From Candidatus Dormibacteria bacterium (GTDB lineage Bacteria > Chloroflexota > Dormibacteria > Aeolococcales > Aeolococcaceae): a DNA stretch of 64,000 bases. The notes under the pieces were generated by a model. That model was not told the DNA's origin. It saw only the letters and a list, made by a program, of their open reading frames with translations, and ran no database searches. How positions within the stretch are numbered: the first letter of the stretch is position 1; every line of letters begins with the position of its first letter. Made by a program: the position numbers and the translations under genes. The stretch spans positions 72,499 through 136,498 of the forward strand of contig JBEKXW010000002.1 of assembly GCA_049511615.1 (NCBI GenBank), read 5' to 3'. This document shows, in pieces, positions 1-8,270 of this stretch.

Positions 1-28
1 CGGTTCGGACCCCGTTCGAAGAGAAGTC

Positions 29-1549
29 GTGAGCGAGGTGATGGGGCCGACCCCCCAGAGCGCGCCCGCAGCCGGCGCCCGGCCGTGGTCCCTGGCGCGG
101 CGCGACCCGGCCACCATCGTGGTGGTGGTCATGGCGCTGGTCGCGGCCGGGCTCCAGGCGCTCGTGCTCACCCGCCCCAACGCGCTGCTGGCCGGCTGGT
201 CCGACATCAGCATCTACCTGGGAGCCGCGATCCGGTTCGTCCACGGCGCGCTTCCCTACCGCGACTTCGCCCTGCTCCAGCCGCCCGGGCTGGTGCTGCT
301 GCTCAGCCCCTTCGGCCTGCTCTCCATGGCGGTGGGCAGCCGGGTGGCGGTGATGGCGCTCACCGCCTGCACCCCGCTGCTCGCCGCCGCCAACGTGGCC
401 CTGGTCGGGAGCTTGATCGCTCACCGCGGCTGGCGCGCGGCGCTCGTCGCGTGCGGCCTGATGGCCGTCTATCCCGCAACGTACACCGCGCTGCTCGACA
501 GCCTGCTCGAGCCGCTCATGTGCCTCTTCTGCCTTCTGGGCGCGGTCCTGGTCTTCGACCGCGACGGTCTCGCCGCACGGCGCCGGCTGGCCCTGGGGGG
601 CGCCGCCTTCGGCTTCGCGGCGTCGATCCTGGTCGCGGCCGCCCTCCCGGTGCTGGTGGTGATCGCACTCTGCGCTAGCCAGCTCCGGCGCCGGCTGCTG
701 CCTTTCGTGGGGGGTGTCGCCGCCGGCTTCTGCATCCCGGCGATCCCCTTCTTCGCGGCGGGGCCGGCCGCCTTCTTCCACGATATCGTGGTCACCCAGC
801 TGGAGCGCGTCCCTTCGGCCGGACGCACTCCGGTGGCGAACCGCCTGATGGACATGACGTTCGCCGCGTACGGGGGCCGGGTGACCGGGGCCGTCGTGGC
901 CCTGGCAGTGATCGGAGGCGTGATCGTCGTGGGGTTGGCCGCGGGACGGCGCCGGCTCACCGCCCTGGATGGGTTCGCCATCGGCGGCACGCTGACCCTC
1001 GGCGCCGGCCAGTTCGCGATCGCCATCTACCGCCCCCACTTCCCCGCCATGCTGGTGCCGTACCCCGCCCTCCTCCTGGGCATCGCGGCGGCCCGGCTCA
1101 GCTGGCGGTGGACGCCGCGCCTGGTGGCGGTGGTGGGCGTCCTCGCCGTGGCCGGGCTGGTGGCGGCCCAGGCGAACCTCATTGAGACCGAGGCCATCGT
1201 GGACGTCGGTCCGTGGGTCGACGCCGTGGTGCCCCCGAATGGGTGCTCGATCGCCCCGGAGACGTATCTCGTGGTGACGAGCAACCGCTTCTGGTCGTCG
1301 GTCGCCGGGTGCACCGCGCTCACCGACCCGTATTCGACCCGGCTGGTCAACCGGGACAGCCCGGAGGGCGCGGTGCCGGCCTATCGAGAAGCCATCTCCC
1401 ACGCCGATTACCTGATTCTCAACACCACCCTCCGGGATTGGCTCAGCGGACCCTACGAGCAGCTCTACCCCTGCGTGACCGGCCACTTTCAGCTCCACCG
1501 CTCCGGCCCGCTGAGCATCTACGTCCGGAACGGTTTCCCGGTGGCCTAG
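29..1549 (+). CDS. Polytopic membrane glycosyltransferase, GT-C fold (ArnT/PMT/GT87-like), paralog 1
   Basis: Many hydrophobic segments; N-terminal loop 'SDISIYLG..GALPYRDFALLQPPG' typical of GT-C enzymes; soluble C-terminal domain. Start GTG 29 or ATG 41. Confidence 0.7.
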   Translation: MSEVMGPTPQSAPAAGARPWSLARRDPATIVVVVMALVAAGLQALVLTRPNALLAGWSDISIYLGAAIRFVHGALPYRDFALLQPPGLVLLLSPFGLLSMAVGSRVAVMALTACTPLLAAANVALVGSLIAHRGWRAALVACGLMAVYPATYTALLDSLLEPLMCLFCLLGAVLVFDRDGLAARRRLALGGAAFGFAASILVAAALPVLVVIALCASQLRRRLLPFVGGVAAGFCIPAIPFFAAGPAAFFHDIVVTQLERVPSAGRTPVANRLMDMTFAAYGGRVTGAVVALAVIGGVIVVGLAAGRRRLTALDGFAIGGTLTLGAGQFAIAIYRPHFPAMLVPYPALLLGIAAARLSWRWTPRLVAVVGVLAVAGLVAAQANLIETEAIVDVGPWVDAVVPPNGCSIAPETYLVVTSNRFWSSVAGCTALTDPYSTRLVNRDSPEGAVPAYREAISHADYLILNTTLRDWLSGPYEQLYPCVTGHFQLHRSGPLSIYVRNGFPVA

Positions 1550-1604
1550 CCGGTGTCCGGGATCGATGTGGAACCAGATGCGCGGCAGGCGCCCGGTGGC
1601 CTGA

Positions 1605-1780
1605 CGGAGCGGGGCCGCAGAGTCGCGGGCGCCGCTGGCCGACCGCCTGAACGGCGCCAGGTTGGTGGAGATCCAGTCCGCCGGTCGCGACGGCACCGAG
1701 ATCCTCCGCCTGGTCCCGCGACCGGACCGCTTCCACACCCAGATTGTCCGGGCCATCGAGGGCTGCCGGCGCCTGGCCGC
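1605..1780 (+). pseudogene. Possible C-terminal remnant of an alpha/beta hydrolase
   Basis: Frame reads 'LADRLNGARLVEIQSAG...RPDRFHTQIVRAIE', resembling the 'LAxxIPGARLVxIPxAGH...RPDxF' end of alpha/beta hydrolases. In-frame stop at 1602 and no catalytic His. Confidence 0.25.
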
Positions 1781-1902
1781 GGGCTACCTCGCGAGCCCGG
1801 TGCCCGGCGAGCCGCCTGCTCTGCACGGCAGCGACGGCGGGGTCTGGCCGTCGGCCGCGGAGAGAGGCCGCCACGGCTCGGACCCCGTTCGGAGAGCAGC
1901 CG

Positions 1903-3432
1903 GTGAGCGCGATGACAGCGCCGACCGACCAGGGCGAGCCCGCGGCCGGCACCCGGCGGCGATCCCCAGCGCGGCGCGACCCGGCCACCGCCGTGGTCGT
2001 GGCGATGGCGCTGCTGGCGGCCGGCCTGCAGGTGCTGAGGCTCACCCGGCCCAACGCGCTCCTCTCCGGTGGCTCCTACGACACCGCCGTCTATCTCGGC
2101 AGCGCCATCCGGCTCGTCCACGGCGCCCTGCCCTACCGCGACTTCTCCCTGCTCCAGCCACCGGGGCTGGTGCTGGTGCTGAGCCCCTTCGCCCTCCTCT
2201 CCGAGCTGCTGGGCAGTCGCGGCGCGCTGATCACCGTCAGCCTCTGCACCCCGCTGCTCGCCGCCGCCAACGTGGCCCTGCTCGGGAGGCTGGTGGGGCA
2301 CCGGGGTTGGCGAGCGGCGCTCGCCGCCTGCGGTCTCATGGCCATCTACCCCGCCATGTACGAGGCCCTCCTCGACGGCCTGCTCGAGCCGCTCATGGAC
2401 CTCTTCTGCCTGCTCGGCGCTGTCCTGGTCTTCGATCGGAGCGGCTTCGCCGGACGGCGCCGGCTTGCCGCCGGGGGCGTGGCCTTCGGATTCGCAACGT
2501 CGGTCCTGGTCGCCGCCGTGCTTCCGGCGCTGGTGGTGGCGGCGCTCTGCGCCCGCCGTCTCCGGGCCCGCCTTCTCCCCTTCGTCGCGGGCGGCGCGAT
2601 CGGCCTGCTGGTCCCGGTGCTGCCCTTCCTGTCGGTCGCCCCCATCTCTCTGATCCACGACACGGTGATCACCCAGCTGCAGCGGGCCCCGGCCGCGAGG
2701 CGTGTCCCCCTGACGACCCGTCTGCAGGACATGACCTTCGCCGTGAATGGGGGCGCGCTGGTCGACGCTCTCGCCGCGGTGCTGGTGGTGGCGGGAGTCG
2801 CGGTCGTGGTGCTGGGGCTGGTGCGGGTCCGTTCCCGCCTCACCCCCCTGGACTGGCTCGCCATCGGCGCCACCCTGGCCGTCGGCGCCGCCCAGTTCGC
2901 CATCGCCACCTACTACGTCCACTTCCCCGCCATGCTGGTGCCGTACCCCGCCCTGCTCCTGGGCGTCGCGGTGGCCCGGTTCCGCCCCGGCCGGCGGCGC
3001 TGGCTGATGCCGGCCGTCGCCGTCCTGGCGCTGACCGCGGCGGTGGTCGCCCTGGGGTTCAGGTTCGAGAGCCTGTCGAACGTGGACTACGGCCCGCCGG
3101 TCGACGCCGTCATCCCCGCGGGCGGCTGCTCCCTGGCGGAGAACACCCAGGTCCTGGTGCAGAGCGACCGCTTCCAATCCGACGTCCCCGGCTGCACGCC
3201 GCTGGTCGACCCCTACGCGACCTGGCTGGTCTACCGGCACAGCCCGGCGGGACCGGCGCCCGCTGACAGGTTGGCGCTCCAGCACACCGACTACCTGGTG
3301 CTCAACGCGTCCCTCGCCCACTTCCTCAGCGGCCAGCTGAGCCCCCTCCGCAGCTACGTGACCCAGCACTTCCGACTGCACCACGTCGGCCGGCTGAGCA
3401 TCTATGTCCGCGACGGCTTCCCGGTCGTGTAG
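1903..3432 (+). CDS. Polytopic membrane glycosyltransferase, GT-C fold, paralog 2
   Basis: Colinear homolog of 29..1549 (shared RRDPAT, HGALPYRDF.LLQPPG, HFPAMLVPYPALLLG, LSIYVR.GFPV). Start GTG 1903 or ATG 1912 chosen by alignment with paralog 1. Confidence 0.7.
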   Translation: MSAMTAPTDQGEPAAGTRRRSPARRDPATAVVVAMALLAAGLQVLRLTRPNALLSGGSYDTAVYLGSAIRLVHGALPYRDFSLLQPPGLVLVLSPFALLSELLGSRGALITVSLCTPLLAAANVALLGRLVGHRGWRAALAACGLMAIYPAMYEALLDGLLEPLMDLFCLLGAVLVFDRSGFAGRRRLAAGGVAFGFATSVLVAAVLPALVVAALCARRLRARLLPFVAGGAIGLLVPVLPFLSVAPISLIHDTVITQLQRAPAARRVPLTTRLQDMTFAVNGGALVDALAAVLVVAGVAVVVLGLVRVRSRLTPLDWLAIGATLAVGAAQFAIATYYVHFPAMLVPYPALLLGVAVARFRPGRRRWLMPAVAVLALTAAVVALGFRFESLSNVDYGPPVDAVIPAGGCSLAENTQVLVQSDRFQSDVPGCTPLVDPYATWLVYRHSPAGPAPADRLALQHTDYLVLNASLAHFLSGQLSPLRSYVTQHFRLHHVGRLSIYVRDGFPVV

Positions 3433-3469
3433 TGGCAGGGCAACGGCGGTCACGCAGCGCGCGGGCCCG

Positions 3470-3475
3470 TAGAAT
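3470..3475 (+). promoter_or_regulatory. Putative sigma70-type -10 element (TAGAAT) for the aro operon
   Basis: TAGAAT in the intergenic gap about 115 nt upstream of the aroC ATG. Confidence 0.45.
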
Positions 3476-3590
3476 CGCTGGCGCAGCCAGCCGCGCCGAA
3501 TGCGCACAGAAAGGGTGAGCTCCCCCGCGTGATGCCGTCCCCGTCCCCGTTCCGGCCCCTGTCGCTCGTATGTGTGCCGAAGCCGCGCCG

Positions 3591-4745
3591 ATGCTCCGCT
3601 TCCTGACCGCCGGGGAGTCCCACGGCCCCCAGCTCACCGTCATCGTCGAGGGGCTGCCAGCCGGTCTTCGCCTCGACGCCCGGCGCGACATCGATCCCCA
3701 CCTGCGGCGGCGCCAGGGTGGGTACGGCCGCGGCAAGCGCCAGCGGATCGAGCACGACCGCGCCGAGATCGTGGCCGGGGTGCGTGGAGGTCTGACCCTC
3801 GGCTCGCCGGTCAGCCTGGTGATCGTCAACCGCGACTGGGAGAACTGGCGGGGGCCGATGCAGGTCACCGCGTCCGGATTCACGCGCAAGCTGGTCAGCC
3901 GGGTCCGGCCGGGCCACGCCGACCTGGCCGGCATGCTCAAGTACGGCCTGGAGGACGCTCGCGACGTCCTGGAGAGGGCGAGCGCACGGGAGACGGCGGC
4001 CCGAGTCGCCGCCGGGGCGGTGGCGATGGTGCTGCTCGACCGGCTGGGCGTGGAGGTCAGCTCCTGGGTGCAGCGGATCGGGGACGTGTCCATCGACTGG
4101 CGGGACGGGGTCGACCCGGCGGCGGTCGAGTCCTCGCCGGTGCGCTGTCCCGACCCCGAGGCGTCGCAGCGGATGGTGGCCGCCATCGACTCCGCCCGCG
4201 AGCGCGGCGACACCCTCGGCGGCAGCGCCGTGGTGTCGGCACGCGGCGTGGTCGCCGGCCTCGGCAGCTACGCCCAGTGGGATCGGAAGCTCGACGGGCT
4301 GATCGCGCAGGCGCTTTGCAGCATCCCCTCGGTCAAGGGGGTCGAGATCGGCGCCGCGGTGCTCGCCGCCAGGTCGGCCGGCTCCGCGGTCCACGACTCC
4401 CCCCGCTGGGTGGAGGGCGAGGGGTTCCGCCATCTCAGCAACCGTCAGGGAGGGCTGACCGGCGGGGTGACCGACGGCGAGCCGGTCTGGGCCACCGTCC
4501 ACTTCAAGCCGATCTCGACCCTGCTCGCGCCGCTCCGCTCCGTCGACGCCCGTACCGGCGAGGAGGTCAACGCCCACTACGAGCGGAGCGACATCTGCGT
4601 GGTCCCGGCCGGGGCGGTGGTCGCCGAGGCCATGCTCGGCTGGGTGATCGCCGCGGCGATGGCGGAGAAGTTCGGCGGCGACTCCCTGGCCGAGATGCGC
4701 CGCAACCTCACCGGCTACCGGCGCGGCACCAGGCGGCTCCGGTGA
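3591..4745 (+). CDS. aroC: Chorismate synthase
   Basis: MLRFLTAGESHG N-terminus, RPGHAD, ERASARETAARVAAG, ERSD motifs. Confidence 0.97.
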   Translation: MLRFLTAGESHGPQLTVIVEGLPAGLRLDARRDIDPHLRRRQGGYGRGKRQRIEHDRAEIVAGVRGGLTLGSPVSLVIVNRDWENWRGPMQVTASGFTRKLVSRVRPGHADLAGMLKYGLEDARDVLERASARETAARVAAGAVAMVLLDRLGVEVSSWVQRIGDVSIDWRDGVDPAAVESSPVRCPDPEASQRMVAAIDSARERGDTLGGSAVVSARGVVAGLGSYAQWDRKLDGLIAQALCSIPSVKGVEIGAAVLAARSAGSAVHDSPRWVEGEGFRHLSNRQGGLTGGVTDGEPVWATVHFKPISTLLAPLRSVDARTGEEVNAHYERSDICVVPAGAVVAEAMLGWVIAAAMAEKFGGDSLAEMRRNLTGYRRGTRRLR

Positions 4746-6334
4746 CGCCCGCCTCGATCGACCCTCGGCCCATCGCCCTGGTCGGCCTTCCCGGCGCCGG
4801 CAAGACCACCCTGGGCCGGAGGCTCTCCGAGCACCTGGGGTGGGAGCTGCGCGACACCGACCGGGAGATCGAGCACCGGACCGGACGGACCCCGGCCCAG
4901 ATCCTCGACATGGACGGAGAGGATACCTTCCGCCGGGTGGAGCTGGCCGCCGTGACCGAGCTCCTCGGCGAGCCCGGCCCGGCGGTGATCGCCTGTGGGG
5001 GCGGGCTCTTCGCCGAGGCCGGGGCCCGCCGCCAGCTGCTCGAAGCCGCCTGGGTGGTCGCCCTCGACGCGTCCGACTCGACGCTCATGAACCGGCTCGG
5101 CACCGCCGCCGATCGCCCGCTGCTCCGCGGCGACGTGGGCGGGCGCCTCGCCGACCTGCGCCGGCGCCGGGCCCGGGCCCACGCGGAGGCCCATCTGCTG
5201 ATCGACACCGAGAGCACCTCGCCCGAGGCCGCCGAGGCCGCCATCCGGGCCCTGGCCGGCGCGGTCCCGGTCCCCATCGGCGGTTCCGCCTACCCGGTGA
5301 TCGTGGCCGAGGGTGCCACCGACCACCTGACGACGCATCTGCCGGCCGACTGCCGCCGGGTCGCGGTGGTCGCCGACCGGAGCGTCGAGCCCCTCGGCCG
5401 CCGCCTGGCCCGACGGTTGGCGACGTCCGGGCGCGAGGCGCCGCTGGTCAGCATCGCCGCCGGCGAGCCGGTCAAGAGCTGGGCTGCGGCCGGGCGTCTG
5501 CTCGACCGCCTCGCCTCCCTGGGGCTGGGCCGGCGGGACGCGCTGGTGGCGGTGGGCGGGGGCACGGTCGGCGACCTGGCCGGCTTCGCCGCCGCCGCGT
5601 ACTGCCGGGGGATCGCCTGGGTGGTGGTGCCGACCACCCTGCTGGCCATGGTCGACAGCTCCATCGGCGGCAAGACCGGGGTCAACCTGCGCGCCGCCAA
5701 GAACCTCGCCGGCGCGTTCTGGCAGCCGCGCGCGGTGCTGGCCGACCCGACAGTGCTCGATACCCTCCCGCCGCGTGAGCTGGCATCCGGGCTGGGTGAG
5801 GTCGCCAAGTACGCGATGATCGCCGAGACCGACCTTCCCGACCTCCTCGACCACGGCCTGGAGCGCGCCCGGACGGGCGACGTGCGCACCCTGACCGCCA
5901 TCATCGATTGCTGCGCCGCGATCAAGGCCCAGGTGGTCGGGCGCGACCCTCGGGAGTCCGGCCTGAGGGCCGTCCTCAACTACGGGCACACGGTGGCCCA
6001 TGCCCTCGAGGCGGCGACCGGCTACGGCACGGTGACCCACGGTGAGGCGGTCGCCGCGGGCATGCGGGTCGCCGGGCGGCTGTCCGCCGAGCTGGCCGGG
6101 CTGCCGGCCGCCGACCTTGCGTGGCAGGACCGCGTCCTCGACCGGCTCGGCCTGGAGGGCCTGCCGCCCATCGACCCCGTGGCGGTGATGCACCGCCTGG
6201 GCCACGACAAGAAATCGGTCGGGGGCGAGGTGCGCTGGGTCCTCCTGGCCCGGCGCGGGGAGCCGCTGCTGGACCAGCGCGTTCCCGCCGACCTGGTCCG
6301 TTCCACGCTCGAGGAGGTGCTGTCGACGCCATGA
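4742..6334 (+). CDS. aroKB: Bifunctional shikimate kinase / 3-dehydroquinate synthase fusion
   Basis: N-terminal GLPGAGKTT P-loop with DTD and RPLL (AroK); C-terminal GGGTVGDLAGF, PTTLLAMVDSSIGGKTGVN, LNYGHT (AroB). GTG overlaps the aroC stop. Confidence 0.93.
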   Translation: MTPASIDPRPIALVGLPGAGKTTLGRRLSEHLGWELRDTDREIEHRTGRTPAQILDMDGEDTFRRVELAAVTELLGEPGPAVIACGGGLFAEAGARRQLLEAAWVVALDASDSTLMNRLGTAADRPLLRGDVGGRLADLRRRRARAHAEAHLLIDTESTSPEAAEAAIRALAGAVPVPIGGSAYPVIVAEGATDHLTTHLPADCRRVAVVADRSVEPLGRRLARRLATSGREAPLVSIAAGEPVKSWAAAGRLLDRLASLGLGRRDALVAVGGGTVGDLAGFAAAAYCRGIAWVVVPTTLLAMVDSSIGGKTGVNLRAAKNLAGAFWQPRAVLADPTVLDTLPPRELASGLGEVAKYAMIAETDLPDLLDHGLERARTGDVRTLTAIIDCCAAIKAQVVGRDPRESGLRAVLNYGHTVAHALEAATGYGTVTHGEAVAAGMRVAGRLSAELAGLPAADLAWQDRVLDRLGLEGLPPIDPVAVMHRLGHDKKSVGGEVRWVLLARRGEPLLDQRVPADLVRSTLEEVLSTP

Positions 6335-6786
6335 CCCGGGTCCTCGTCCTCAACGGTCCCAACCTGGCGAGCCTCGGACGCCGAGAGCCCGAGCTCTACG
6401 GTGGGCGTAGCCTCGGCGACATCGAGACCGAGCTCCGCGAGCAGGCGGCCGCCCTCGGGGTGGAGATCCGCGTCGAGCAGCGCAACGGGGAGGGAGAGCT
6501 CATCGACCTGCTCGAGGTCGAGACCGAGCGCTCCGACGCCGTGGTGGTCAACCCCGGGGCCTTCAGCCACACCAGCGTGGCCCTCCTCGACGCGCTGCGC
6601 GCCTTCCCCGGCGTCGTCGTGGAGGTGCACCTCACCAACACCTTCCGGCGGGAGACCTACCGGCGGGTGATGCTCACCGCCGAGGCGGCCGATGCGGTCA
6701 TCCTGGGGCTCGGCGCATCCGGATACGGGATCGCCCTCGAGGCCGCCGCCCGGATGGTGCGCGACAGGAGAGAATTGAGCCGATGA
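6331..6786 (+). CDS. aroQ: Type II 3-dehydroquinate dehydratase
   Basis: VLNGPNL..LGRREPELYG, NPGAFSHTS, EVHLTN motifs. Confidence 0.95.
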   Translation: MTRVLVLNGPNLASLGRREPELYGGRSLGDIETELREQAAALGVEIRVEQRNGEGELIDLLEVETERSDAVVVNPGAFSHTSVALLDALRAFPGVVVEVHLTNTFRRETYRRVMLTAEAADAVILGLGASGYGIALEAAARMVRDRRELSR

Positions 6787-7340
6787 TCAACGCAGGAGAC
6801 CTCCGTCCCGGAGCCACGGTCGAGCGGGGCGGGCAGCTGCTCCAGGTGCTCGACTTCGCCCACATCAAGCTCGGCCGCGGCACCGCCGTGGTCCGCACCA
6901 AGCTCAAGAACCTCAACACCGGGGCGGTCACCGAGGAGACCTTCCGCCCGGAGGAGAAGTTCGGCCGGGCCCGGATCGAGCGCAGCGAGGCCCAGTACCT
7001 CTACCGGGACGGCGACGCCTTCGTGGTCATGGACACCCAGACCTACGATCAGACCCCGCTCAGCGCCGAGCAGATCGGCGACGGGGTGCGCTGGCTCAAG
7101 GAGAACGAGACCCTCACCCTGCTCACCCACGACGACCGCATCCTCGGCGTCGAGCTGCCGATCGCGGTGGAGCTGGAGGTGACCGAGACCGAGCCCGGCT
7201 TCCGGGGCGACACCGCCAACGCCGGCACCAAGCCGGCGACCCTGGAGACCGGCGCGACCGTCGACGTTCCGCTGTTCGTGAACGCCGGCGACCGGGTCCG
7301 GATCGACACCCGCAACGGGCGGTACATGGAGCGAGCCTGA
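6783..7340 (+). CDS. efp: Translation elongation factor P
   Basis: KLGRG loop, GFRGDTA, KPATLETG, VPLFV, DTR.G.Y.ERA. Confidence 0.97.
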   Translation: MINAGDLRPGATVERGGQLLQVLDFAHIKLGRGTAVVRTKLKNLNTGAVTEETFRPEEKFGRARIERSEAQYLYRDGDAFVVMDTQTYDQTPLSAEQIGDGVRWLKENETLTLLTHDDRILGVELPIAVELEVTETEPGFRGDTANAGTKPATLETGATVDVPLFVNAGDRVRIDTRNGRYMERA

Positions 7341-7729
7341 TGGACGGATCGGTCGAGGCCGCGGCGGACGGGCGCCGTCCCGGCGCCCGCCAGCCCCTCG
7401 GGGTCACCCGGGTCGCCAACGAGGTGGTGGCCTGGATCGCCGTCCTCACCGCGCTGCAGGTGCCCGGCATCCACGCCATGTACCAGGCCGCCGGCCAGTC
7501 GCTGGAGCGGATCCTGCGCCGCTCGCACGCGCACCGCGGGGCCCGGGTGGAGCTCCGCGACGGCAGCACCCTGGACGTCGACCTCTGGGTGGTGATGCTC
7601 GCCGGCCATTCGGTGCCAAAAGTGGGGGCCGAGGTGCAGCAGCGGGTCGCCGACGCCGTCGAGAGGATGCTGGGCCTGAAGGTGGGCACCATCAACGTCC
7701 ACGTCAGCGAGGTGGTCTTCGCGCCATGA
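7340..7729 (+). CDS. Asp23/Gls24 family protein
   Basis: 'VANEVVAWIA', 'VQQRVADAVERMLGLKV..INVHV'; conserved efp-asp23-nusB synteny. Confidence 0.85.
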   Translation: MDGSVEAAADGRRPGARQPLGVTRVANEVVAWIAVLTALQVPGIHAMYQAAGQSLERILRRSHAHRGARVELRDGSTLDVDLWVVMLAGHSVPKVGAEVQQRVADAVERMLGLKVGTINVHVSEVVFAP

Positions 7730-8142
7730 GCCGCCCCGCGGGGAGGCGGCGTCGGGGACGCGAGCTCGCCCTGCGCGTGCTCTTCGAGCTGGAGGGGACC
7801 GAGAAGGATCCTCGCCCGGCCCTCGCCTACCAGGCGAAGGAGATGGGCGCGCCGGCGGACGCCGTCGCCTTCGCCGGCGCCCTGGTGGAGGGGACGCTGG
7901 AGCACGTCGAGCGGATCGACGCCGCCATCGGCGGCGCGAGCGAGAACTGGGACCTGGTCGACTTCGGCAAGGTGGAGCGCGCGGTGCTCCGGCTCGGGAC
8001 CTTCGAGGTGCTCTTCGAGGCCGCCACCCCGGTGGCGGTGAGCATCGACGAGTCGCTGGAGCTGGCCCGGGAGTACGCGGGGGACGACGCCGTCCCCCTG
8101 GTCAACGGCGTGCTCGGCCGGATCGCCCGGGAGCGGGCATGA
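7726..8142 (+). CDS. nusB: Transcription antitermination factor NusB
   Basis: RRRGRELAL..LF, VERAVLRLG..E, LVNGVLG. Confidence 0.95.
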   Translation: MSRPAGRRRRGRELALRVLFELEGTEKDPRPALAYQAKEMGAPADAVAFAGALVEGTLEHVERIDAAIGGASENWDLVDFGKVERAVLRLGTFEVLFEAATPVAVSIDESLELAREYAGDDAVPLVNGVLGRIARERA

Positions 8143-8163
8143 GCGGCAGCCGCGCCGCCCTTT

Positions 8164-8183
8164 GAGCGATCATATGTTCGCTC
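8164..8183. promoter_or_regulatory. Putative LexA (SOS) box upstream of xseA
   Basis: Near-perfect palindrome GAGCGATCATATGTTCGCTC; core GATC-ATAT-GTTC is one mismatch from GAAC-N4-GTTC. Confidence 0.6.
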
Positions 8184-8270
8184 GATGAATCCCGCATCCT
8201 CCGCCCTCCGCCGCCCGGTGTCCCGCCCCCTGCACGACTCGGTGACCGACGGGGCCGGGAGCAGCCCTCG

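Noticed and set aside
3-17. GTTC-N7-GTTC resembling the alphaproteobacterial LexA box
   Set aside because: Not preserved in the paralogous copy (GCTC-N7-GTTC), and repair genes in this window use GAAC-N4-GTTC.
4742-6334. AroK-AroB fusion as a novelty
   Set aside because: This fusion is already known in several bacterial lineages.
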